Below are positions 24,467 through 32,242 of a DNA stretch of 33,764 nt, one piece after another. The stretch is from a bacterium. GTDB lineage: Bacteria; Patescibacteriota; Saccharimonadia; UBA4664. The stretch covers positions 1 through 33,764 of the forward strand of contig DAIDKY010000001.1 of the NCBI GenBank assembly GCA_027449805.1, given 5' to 3'. The position numbers and the translations under genes were made by a program. Numbering within the stretch: position 1 is the stretch's first letter; each line of letters opens with the position of its first letter. The notes under the pieces are model-generated. The model worked only from the letters and a program-made list of their open reading frames with translations. It ran no database searches and was not told where the DNA came from.

Positions 24467-24483
24467 GCATGCGTCCATTTGTC

Positions 24484-24512
24484 TTGACCTTTAGCCTCAA
24501 ATTAGCTATGAT
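24484..24512 (+). promoter_or_regulatory. sigma70-type promoter TTGACC-17 nt-TATGAT for rplJL
   Basis: -35 at 24484-89, a 17-nt spacer and -10 at 24507-12. Confidence 0.7.
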
Positions 24513-24518
24513 ATTCAA

Positions 24519-24621
24519 GTTCACCACAGACAGTAGCTGGTCGTTTGGACCTTAATATGCTACCGAGGTTTGCCCCAGGGCATTAGGTGCAACACCTATA
24601 CAATTAAAGAAAGAGGTTTGT
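24519..24621 (+). promoter_or_regulatory. structured 5' UTR of rplJ (candidate L10/L12 autoregulatory leader)
   Basis: Roughly 100-nt leader with nested helices (gtagc…gctac, ggtc…gacc, tgcc…ggca, aggt…acct) before RBS AAGAGG. It occupies the position of ribosomal-protein L10 leaders. Confidence 0.35.
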
Positions 24622-25155
24622 ATGGCCATTTCAAGGACTGCCAAAGAGCAGGCTGTTGAGCAACTCAGCGGCGAGCTTGGTCGGCTCAGTCTGGCCGTCA
24701 TGACCGACTACCGTGGCCTCACCGTGCGTGAGGTTGAGGAGCTGCGAGCTAAGCTGCGCGAAGAGGGGATGACCTACCGAGTGACAAAAAACACTCTACT
24801 GCGTCTCGCCGTTCAAAACAGCCCGGCTATGGCCAAGATCGATCCGGAGACTTTTACGGGTCCCATGGCCTTAGCTTTTAGCTTTGAGGATGAGGTCGCA
24901 CCGGCTCGTGTGATCTTTCAGTACGCCAAGGAACACCAGGCGCTGGAGATCGTCGGAGCTCTGACCGGAGACGGGCACTTACTGAGTGCTGCCGAGGTTA
25001 AGGCTCTGGCTACGCTGCCAAGTCGCGAGCAACTCATCGCCCAGGTCGTCGGTACCATCGCTGCACCCCTTACCGGGTTCGTCGGCGTTATGGCGGGCAA
25101 TGTTCGTTCGATTATCAATGTATTAAATGCCCTCGCGGCAGTAGAAGGAAAATAA
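24622..25155 (+). CDS. rplJ: 50S ribosomal protein L10
   Basis: 177 aa. The L10 pattern (…DYRGLTV.E…LR…G….V.KNTL) and synteny with rplL support the call. Confidence 0.95.
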   Translation: MAISRTAKEQAVEQLSGELGRLSLAVMTDYRGLTVREVEELRAKLREEGMTYRVTKNTLLRLAVQNSPAMAKIDPETFTGPMALAFSFEDEVAPARVIFQYAKEHQALEIVGALTGDGHLLSAAEVKALATLPSREQLIAQVVGTIAAPLTGFVGVMAGNVRSIINVLNALAAVEGK

Positions 25156-25157
25156 CA

Positions 25158-25574
25158 ATGGCTGAATCAGAAGAGAAGAAGACCGTCGAGATTCCGGAAA
25201 AGTTCCAGAAGCTCGTCGAGCAGATCGATAAGTTAAGTGTTCTTGAGCTCAGCGAGCTCGTTAAAGTCCTTGAGGATCACTATGGCGTAAGTGCTGCTGC
25301 TCCGGCGGCTGCCGCTGCTGCTCCTGCGGCCGGTGGCGCTGATGCCGCTGCTGCCGACGAGAAGTCGAGCTTTACCGTTGTCTTGGCCGCCGCCGGTGAC
25401 TCCAAGATCAACGTCATCAAGGCTGTGCGCGAGCTGACCGGTCTCGGTCTAGCCGAGTCGAAAGCCCTCGTCGACGGCGCCCCCAAGCCCGTTAAGGAGA
25501 ACGTTGCCAAGGCTGAGGCCGAAGAAGCTAAGGCTGCTCTCGAAGCTGCCGGTGCTACCGTCGAGCTCCAGTAA
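25158..25574 (+). CDS. rplL: 50S ribosomal protein L7/L12
   Basis: N-terminal dimerisation helix, Ala-rich hinge, and C-terminal domain [28 protein letters not shown]. Confidence 0.95.
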   Translation: MAESEEKKTVEIPEKFQKLVEQIDKLSVLELSELVKVLEDHYGVSAAAPAAAAAAPAAGGADAAAADEKSSFTVVLAAAGDSKINVIKAVRELTGLGLAESKALVDGAPKPVKENVAKAEAEEAKAALEAAGATVELQ

Positions 25575-25592
25575 CCTCGAGCGTTCAACGCT

Positions 25593-25618
25593 AAAAGAGC
25601 CCCTTCGGGGGCTTTTTT
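25593..25618 (+). terminator. intrinsic terminator after rplL
   Basis: agcccc-ttcg-ggggct flanked by an A-run and a T6 run. Confidence 0.9.
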
Positions 25619-25689
25619 GTTACATATGTTTTGACTTTTTCGGTTCGACGTAGTAAGAATAAGCTAGCTTTTATAAACCAAAACCAAAG

Positions 25690-26214
25690 GTGGGTAATGT
25701 GGCAGAGCTGGCAGATAAACAATTAAAGACACTAAAGAAACTAATCGAGACGGCCGAGACGAATCTAGCCGGAGCTAAGGAGCTCTTGGCTAGTCTTGTT
25801 GGGTCGGACGAACAAACCGGCCCCAGCGAGGTCTCCAAAGCTCCGTCGACCGGCAAGGTTATCGAAGGTACATTCGACGGCCAGCAGATGATCGGGCCTG
25901 ACGGCAAGAGCTATCCGGTGCCGGCAAACTATGCCTCAAAGAGCAAGTTAGTCCAAGGCGACCAGCTCAAGCTGATTATCGGCGATGACGGTGCTTTTAT
26001 TTACAAGCAGATCGGGCCGATCGAACGCAAGAAAGTAATCGGGACGCTGTCTCTACACGACGGACAATATTTTGTCGAGGCTCGCGGCAAGCAGTATCAT
26101 GTCTTATTCGCTTCGGTGACCTATTTCAAGGCGCAACCTGGAGACCAGGTAACAATGGTTCTACCCGAGGGCGAAGAAGCCGAATGGGCCGCTATCGAAG
26201 CCGTCATCGGTTAG
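25690..26214 (+). CDS. hypothetical protein: N-terminal helix plus C-terminal beta-rich domain(s)
   Basis: 174-aa ORF with a GTG start after AAAGGTGGG. No recognisable catalytic motif. Confidence 0.55.
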   Translation: MGNVAELADKQLKTLKKLIETAETNLAGAKELLASLVGSDEQTGPSEVSKAPSTGKVIEGTFDGQQMIGPDGKSYPVPANYASKSKLVQGDQLKLIIGDDGAFIYKQIGPIERKKVIGTLSLHDGQYFVEARGKQYHVLFASVTYFKAQPGDQVTMVLPEGEEAEWAAIEAVIG

Positions 26215-26255
26215 CACGTACTGTATACTAGTTACAGATGTAACCGGAGAACCGA

Positions 26256-27671
26256 GTGGCGGAGTTAGCACTCTATCGAAAGTATCGCAGCAGCGACTTT
26301 AATGAGGTCGTGGGGCAAGATCATATTATTAAGACTCTAACTGCAGCCCTTGCCGCGGGTCGGATCTCGCATGCCTATCTCTTTACCGGTCCTCGCGGCG
26401 TCGGTAAGACAAGCGTCGCCAGATTATTGGCCAAAGGTCTTAATAATAAGGTCGGAGCCGATGCTGCTTCGCTCGATATTATAGAAATTGACGCCGCAAG
26501 CAATCGTTCGATCGATGCCGTGCGCGAGCTGCGCGATAAGATTAATCTGGCGCCGTCGGTTGGCGAGTACAAGGTCTACATTATCGACGAGGTCCACATG
26601 CTTACGACCGAGGCTTTTAACGCTTTGCTCAAGACTCTAGAGGAACCGCCGTCACATGCGGTCTTTATCCTTGCTACGACCGAATCTCATAAAGTACCGG
26701 AAACAATCATATCGCGAACCCAGCGCTTTAACTTTAAACCGATCGCAACGGCTATAATCGTCGATCATCTGGCTGCAATTGCCGATAAGGAGGGGATCAA
26801 GATAGAGCGTCCGGCTCTGGAATTGATCGCCCAATCATCCCACGGTGGAGTGCGCGACGCTATCAGCCTGCTTGATCAAGTTGCGGCAGGCGGCAAAGCG
26901 GTCGTACGGCTGGATACGGTACGCGATATTCTGGGCTATAGCGATAACGAAACAATCGGAGCACTCGCCGAAGCTGTTGCGGCTGGGCGCACCAAAGAGG
27001 TTTTGACTCATTTGGATCATTTAAGCGAGAGTGGCGTTCAACCCGGTCAACTGATCGCTCAGTTGATTCAATGGTGGCGCCGACTTCTTTTGGTTGCCGT
27101 CGGAACCGAGAGTTCCAACGATGCAATCGTGACCGAACTTGCCGCACGTCTCTCGCTGCCAATGATATCGCGTGTCATTGAAGCCCTGATCGAAGCCTCG
27201 CGCAGCCCTTACCCGGCACTGAGCCTTGAGGTTGCGTTGGTCAAGGTTACGACTAGAGTCGAGCAAGCGGCGGTTCCGGCAGCCACCTTTAAGGCCCAGG
27301 CGATCGAGTCGGCCCAATTCGACGAGACACCGGAACGAAGCGAGATGAGCGACCTCTGGCCTAAGGCGCTAATGGTTATTAAAACCAAGAACAATACTCT
27401 ATACGCGCTTCTTCAATCATGCCGAATCGAGTTTAAGGACGACAATCTGCTCGTCTGGAGTAAATTTAACTTCCATCGAGATCGTTTGATGCAAAGTGCT
27501 AATCGCCAGATTATTGAAAAAGGCCTGGAAAAGGTCTACGGCCGGCCGATTTCAATGACGGCGCATATCGACACAACGGCGAAGGTTGTGCGCGACCCTG
27601 TAGCAGTCGATCCTTCAACAGACCTGGTATCTTCGGCTCTGGAAATCCTGGGCGGTGAGATAGTCGACTAA
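26256..27671 (+). CDS. dnaX: DNA polymerase III subunit gamma/tau
   Basis: YRKYRS..F.EVVGQ, Walker A GPRGVGKTS, DEVHML and the SRTQ sensor. The Cys4 zinc module between Walker A and IEIDAAS is absent. Confidence 0.9.
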   Translation: MAELALYRKYRSSDFNEVVGQDHIIKTLTAALAAGRISHAYLFTGPRGVGKTSVARLLAKGLNNKVGADAASLDIIEIDAASNRSIDAVRELRDKINLAPSVGEYKVYIIDEVHMLTTEAFNALLKTLEEPPSHAVFILATTESHKVPETIISRTQRFNFKPIATAIIVDHLAAIADKEGIKIERPALELIAQSSHGGVRDAISLLDQVAAGGKAVVRLDTVRDILGYSDNETIGALAEAVAAGRTKEVLTHLDHLSESGVQPGQLIAQLIQWWRRLLLVAVGTESSNDAIVTELAARLSLPMISRVIEALIEASRSPYPALSLEVALVKVTTRVEQAAVPAATFKAQAIESAQFDETPERSEMSDLWPKALMVIKTKNNTLYALLQSCRIEFKDDNLLVWSKFNFHRDRLMQSANRQIIEKGLEKVYGRPISMTAHIDTTAKVVRDPVAVDPSTDLVSSALEILGGEIVD

Positions 27672-27730
27672 TCATAATCGAAACTAATTTGCAGATACTA
27701 TATACTAGATACTAAATAGAGAGGGGACTG

Positions 27731-29149
27731 GTGGCACGAGCAACCAACATCGACGAACGAGGTCAGCGCGTAACATCGCGGCGCAATGAAGCTGCGGGTG
27801 TTTCGGCTACGCAGATCGACGGCAAAGTTCCTCCTCAGAATCTTGAGGCTGAAACCAGTCTCCTTGGCTCATTATTAATCGAGAAAGAAGCCATCATCAA
27901 GGTAGCCGACGTCGTCTCGGCCGATGACTTCTACGACGACCGCAACGGCATAATTTATGCTGCCATCCTTGATCTCTACGAACAACGCCAGCCGCTCGAT
28001 CTTCTTACTCTGACTAACAAACTCCGCGAAGTCGAAGAACTCGAACGTGTCGGCGGAGCGCCCTATATCACAGATTTAACTGCCTCTGTACCAACCGCCG
28101 CCCATGTCGAGCACTATGCTGCCATCGTTGCGCATAAAGCCACATTGCGCCGCTTGATCGGTGCGGCTGCCAATATTGCCGGTTTTGGCTACGACGAAGC
28201 CGCACCCTTGGATCAGTTGCTCGATCGGGCAGAACAGACCATCTTCGAGGTCTCGCAGAAAAACTTAAAGCAGAACTTTGTACCGATTAACGAAGTACTG
28301 GCTTCGTCTTTCGACCGTTTGAACGAGCTTCACTCGAATGCCGGACAGCTTCGCGGTATTCCGAGCGGCTTTAAGAAGCTCGACCATACCCTGGCTGGAT
28401 TTCAAAATTCTGACCTAATTATTCTGGCGGCTCGGCCGTCGATGGGTAAGACGACCTTTGTGATGAACATTGCTCATCATGTGGCTGTGAGCGAGGGTAT
28501 TCCAGTCGGTTTCTTCTCGCTCGAAGTCTCAAAAGAGCAGCTGATCGACCAGCTTTTGGCGATTGAATCAGGAATCGACAGTTGGAAACTTCGTACCGGC
28601 GAGCTCGACGACGACGACTTTCCGCGTATTAATGAAGCCATGGCACAGCTGTCCGAGGCTCCAATTTATGTCGATGACGCCGCTATGACCAATGTTATGG
28701 AAATGCGGACCAAGGCACGGCGCTTACAAGCGGAACATGGCTTGGGGCTGATTATAATCGACTATCTACAGCTGATTTCTGGAGGCGGGCGCTCGAGCGA
28801 CGGTCGTCAGCAAGAGGTCTCCGAAATTTCGCGCGGGCTCAAAGGCTTGGCGCGTGAGCTAGGTGTACCGGTAATTGCCCTATCGCAGCTGTCGCGAGCT
28901 GTCGAGAGCCGCGACGACAAACGCCCCAACCTGTCGGATCTACGCGACTCCGGTTCGATCGAACAAGATGCCGATGTAGTAATGTTTCTCTATCGTGACG
29001 AGTACTATAACCCCCGTGATACTGATCGACCGAATATTGCCGACGTTCTAATTAAGAAGCACCGTAACGGAGCCACGGGCGACGTTGAGCTCTACTTCCA
29101 CCCTGAACAGCGTCGTTTTACCGATATCGACCGTTTCCACGGCGAATAA
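27731..29149 (+). CDS. dnaB: replicative DNA helicase DnaB
   Basis: PPQNLEAETSLLGSLL, Walker A ARPSMGKT, IIIDYLQL and SQLSR motifs. GTG start. Confidence 0.9.
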   Translation: MARATNIDERGQRVTSRRNEAAGVSATQIDGKVPPQNLEAETSLLGSLLIEKEAIIKVADVVSADDFYDDRNGIIYAAILDLYEQRQPLDLLTLTNKLREVEELERVGGAPYITDLTASVPTAAHVEHYAAIVAHKATLRRLIGAAANIAGFGYDEAAPLDQLLDRAEQTIFEVSQKNLKQNFVPINEVLASSFDRLNELHSNAGQLRGIPSGFKKLDHTLAGFQNSDLIILAARPSMGKTTFVMNIAHHVAVSEGIPVGFFSLEVSKEQLIDQLLAIESGIDSWKLRTGELDDDDFPRINEAMAQLSEAPIYVDDAAMTNVMEMRTKARRLQAEHGLGLIIIDYLQLISGGGRSSDGRQQEVSEISRGLKGLARELGVPVIALSQLSRAVESRDDKRPNLSDLRDSGSIEQDADVVMFLYRDEYYNPRDTDRPNIADVLIKKHRNGATGDVELYFHPEQRRFTDIDRFHGE

Positions 29150-29220
29150 TCACTGGCGATATAGACTTGCTCCGGATCTTTTTTCTCGTTATGCTTATGT
29201 ATAAGTAACATGAGGTCCAG

Positions 29221-29673
29221 ATGGCGCAAGCCGTAGCTCAGGCCGGTAAGTTTGGTTTGGTCGGGCTTGCGAGTACGGTCATCGACTTTGCGTTTCTCAA
29301 TCTGTTTCATAACTTGCTCGGTTTAACCCTTATCCAATCAAATCTAATATCTACAACGATTGCGATGATATTCAGTTTTAGCCTTAACCGTCGCTACGTG
29401 TTTGGTGCTCGCGAAGGGTCGGTCTGGCGGCAAGGCATTATGTTTATACTGGTTACTGCCTTTGGTCTGTATGTAATTCAAAGTCTAGTAATCTATGCCC
29501 TGACAGTAACATGGCCCGGCCCGCTACACCTGGTGATTAGTTTTGTAGGCATTATCGGTATGGGTCGTATCCTAAGCGATAACCTTGTTATTACAAACAC
29601 AGCTAAGTTAATTGCAACCGTATTCAGTTTAATCTGGAATTATATATTCTATAAGAAAGTGGTGTTTATCTAA
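29221..29673 (+). CDS. GtrA-family membrane protein (putative polyprenyl-phosphate-sugar flippase)
   Basis: 150 aa with 4 TM. It has GKFGLVGL…D and FSLNRRYVF, typical of GtrA-like proteins. Confidence 0.75.
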   Translation: MAQAVAQAGKFGLVGLASTVIDFAFLNLFHNLLGLTLIQSNLISTTIAMIFSFSLNRRYVFGAREGSVWRQGIMFILVTAFGLYVIQSLVIYALTVTWPGPLHLVISFVGIIGMGRILSDNLVITNTAKLIATVFSLIWNYIFYKKVVFI

Positions 29674-31178
29674 TGGCAAAAGCACGAACAATCATCCCTC
29701 GAAACGGTTATAGTTTAGCCCTTTTCGGAACGTTTATTATTGGAGTAATTTTCCGATTCTGGCATCTGTCGACATTACCTCCGGGCCTTGCGCCGGGCGA
29801 AGCACAGATCGGCGTTGCGGCCTATAATTTGCTTCATCACGGTATTTGGCCGAGTTTTAGTCTCGCAAGCGGCGGCAGTCCGGTACTTGTTGTTCTCGAA
29901 GCTATAAGTATATGGCTGTTTGGATTATCGCCCTGGATCCTTCGACTAGTTCCAGCCATTATCGGAGTCGGTGCGATTGCTACGACCTATCTATGGGCGC
30001 GGTCGTGGCTAGGAGAGCGCCCAGCCGTACTGACAGCCTTTCTAATGGCTGTTACGCCCTGGAGTGTAACAATCAGTCGTAACGTAGAGCCTGCCGCGTT
30101 AGCGCCGCTTCTGCTAACACTCCTCCTTTGGCTGGCAACTCGTCTTTGGCATGACCGCAGTACGATTAATTTGACCTACTTCGGACTTGTTGTAGCCATT
30201 GCGAGCTTGAGCGGGCCGGTTGGTTGGGGTGCGTTACTCGTAACTTTGGCTGCCGCCCTGGCGGTGACGATTGGACACAAGACACGGCCAAGACTCCACG
30301 ACGCCGGACTATGGCTGGGTATGGCAATGATTGCCGTTATTCCGGCGCTGCTAGTCGTAGCTCGTCATAATCATAACGGTCGTACCGTCTTTACCTCAAA
30401 CACCTTCACTCAATATCTTGACGGATTATTTAACACGATTCGCGGGCTTCAACTTCATGGTGACGATAACTATTTCCATAATTTGGGCGGCGTACCCTTA
30501 CTTAATGCTTTCGTCGGCATCGTTTTTCTTGCGGGTGTATTAGTTGCGATTACGAACTGGAAGAACCGTACCAGACGGGCGCTGTTGGTAGCATCACTTG
30601 TTGCTTTGCTTCCAGCCTTTCTCTCGCCTGCGACTGCCCCGGATGCCGCCAGGCTTATTCTTTTCCTTCCCTTAAGCCTTGCCCTGGCCAGTATTGGAAT
30701 CTTCTATATGCTGGGAGTTTGGTACGCAACCTTTCCGATCAACTCTGCCGCGCGACTGGCAGGACAGCTTCTTATGCTGCTTCTCCTTGTTTTGACGCTA
30801 TACATAGGTTATTTACAGTACTTTGTGGCTTGGTCGCACTCATCCGATACCCATCGCGCCTATAACGACGCTGCTGTAGGTATGGCAACATGGATTGAGA
30901 AACTACCTAAGGGATCAAACCCGGTTATTGTAGCCAATAACGATGATGCAATGGTTCTGCAGTATATGCTGATTAAAGATCCGTCATATCGTGTAGTCAC
31001 CGTGCAGAAATCAACTCCACTATTATCACAACGCCCGCTTCATCTTGTAATTGCGGCTGCATATTTGGACCCGATGGTTGCCCAATTAAAAACCGCAGCG
31101 CCCGGCGCCGCGCTACAGGCGCATCAATCGACCTTCGACGGAGCAGATCTCTACTTTACTTATGACATTACCAAATAA
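29673..31178 (+). CDS. GT-C fold membrane glycosyltransferase (ArnT/PMT, GT39/83-like)
   Basis: 501 aa with about 11 TM. It has a first-loop acidic motif region (GLAPGEAQIG..AYNL) and RLVPAIIG…A resembling the RLPSAL region. The start overlaps the GtrA stop (TAATG). Confidence 0.65.
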   Translation: MAKARTIIPRNGYSLALFGTFIIGVIFRFWHLSTLPPGLAPGEAQIGVAAYNLLHHGIWPSFSLASGGSPVLVVLEAISIWLFGLSPWILRLVPAIIGVGAIATTYLWARSWLGERPAVLTAFLMAVTPWSVTISRNVEPAALAPLLLTLLLWLATRLWHDRSTINLTYFGLVVAIASLSGPVGWGALLVTLAAALAVTIGHKTRPRLHDAGLWLGMAMIAVIPALLVVARHNHNGRTVFTSNTFTQYLDGLFNTIRGLQLHGDDNYFHNLGGVPLLNAFVGIVFLAGVLVAITNWKNRTRRALLVASLVALLPAFLSPATAPDAARLILFLPLSLALASIGIFYMLGVWYATFPINSAARLAGQLLMLLLLVLTLYIGYLQYFVAWSHSSDTHRAYNDAAVGMATWIEKLPKGSNPVIVANNDDAMVLQYMLIKDPSYRVVTVQKSTPLLSQRPLHLVIAAAYLDPMVAQLKTAAPGAALQAHQSTFDGADLYFTYDITK

Positions 31179-31938
31179 ACACCACAATAATCGACCTATC
31201 GATTTAAGTATCGTAATACCAGCCTATCAAGAGGCTGGTATCATCGTGCAGACACTCGAAAGTCTGGCTCAATGGCTGGGCACCCATGATTACGGCGAGG
31301 TTGAAATTGTTGTAGTCGTAGCGGATTCACCGGATGGCACGGCAGGATTGGTACGCTCTCGGTCAAACCGTTTTAAACATTTTCAGCTCATAGAACCAGG
31401 CAGCCGCGTCGGCAAAGGCCGAGACGTACGCGCTGGTATTTTGCACTCAAATGGCCGCTATCGACTGTTTATGGACGCTGATTTGGCGACACCTCTCAAG
31501 CATCTCGATGATATCTACGGGCTAATGCGGCGTAACGTCGAGATTGGTATTGCCGTTCGAAATCTGGCACGGATCCACCCTGGACTATTGCGTCGAGTCG
31601 TTTCGGAATTTGGGAACATCCTAGCCCAAATAATTCTATTGCCCGGTATTCGCGATACACAGTGCGGCTTTAAGGTTTTTCGTGCTGATGTGGCGGAGGC
31701 AGTTTTTCGCCGTCTCACCATTCTTGGCTGGGGCTTTGATCTCGAGGTACTGTCGATTGCTCGTAAACTTGGGTATAAGATACAAACATTCGAAGCACCT
31801 GACTGGACCGATCCCAAAGCCCATCTTGATGGCCTATCGAACGACTCGGTTATTGATGCCGCCTTGCAGACCTTTGGCGACCTTATCCGAGTGCGCCTAA
31901 ATCTCTGGCGTGGAGCGTATCGATCGCCCGAGAAGTAA
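31162..31938 (+). CDS. GT2 polyprenyl-phosphate hexosyltransferase (GtrB/DPM1-like)
   Basis: LSIVIPAYQE, a DSPDGT segment, FMDADL (DxD) and QCGFKVF. It overlaps the upstream gene by 17 nt. Confidence 0.85.
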   Translation: MTLPNKHHNNRPIDLSIVIPAYQEAGIIVQTLESLAQWLGTHDYGEVEIVVVVADSPDGTAGLVRSRSNRFKHFQLIEPGSRVGKGRDVRAGILHSNGRYRLFMDADLATPLKHLDDIYGLMRRNVEIGIAVRNLARIHPGLLRRVVSEFGNILAQIILLPGIRDTQCGFKVFRADVAEAVFRRLTILGWGFDLEVLSIARKLGYKIQTFEAPDWTDPKAHLDGLSNDSVIDAALQTFGDLIRVRLNLWRGAYRSPEK

Positions 31939-32197
31939 CGATCTGCCAACGATATAGATCATTTTCTAGCATCTGATAGCCCGACAGCGTAAGACCGTAA
32001 ATATGATTGCGTCTAAACTCGATCCAATCATGCCGGATCATAATCTGTAGATTGTCATGTAATGTCGCAGGGGACAGTTCAATTTCGCCAAAGGTATCGA
32101 TCGTAACTCGCGACATGATATCTCTTGCTCGAGCGGGATTACGAACTAATGACAGCAAAATATGAAAGCGAACAGGTGATAGAGGTAGGGTTTTCAT
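31883..32197 (-). CDS. PadR-like winged-helix transcriptional regulator (tentative)
   Basis: 104 aa. FHILLSLV…ARDI…LSPATLHDNL..M.RHDWIE…YGLTLSG fits the PadR wHTH pattern. The 3' end overlaps the GT2 gene convergently by 56 nt. Confidence 0.5.
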   Translation of the reverse strand: MKTLPLSPVRFHILLSLVRNPARARDIMSRVTIDTFGEIELSPATLHDNLQIMIRHDWIEFRRNHIYGLTLSGYQMLENDLYRWQIVTSRAIDTLHARDLGALG

Positions 32198-32242
32198 ACC
32201 ATTACCTTACTCGCTCGTAATTAAATCACGATTAAACAAATG

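Noticed and set aside
20873-24470. Calling the dcd-tmk-thyX block a horizontally acquired genomic island.
   Set aside because: Hand counts of GC in 60-nt samples (about 52-63%) are not different from flanking rplA (about 60%). No integrase, tRNA target, direct repeats or phage genes are present. Only the broken synteny remains as evidence.
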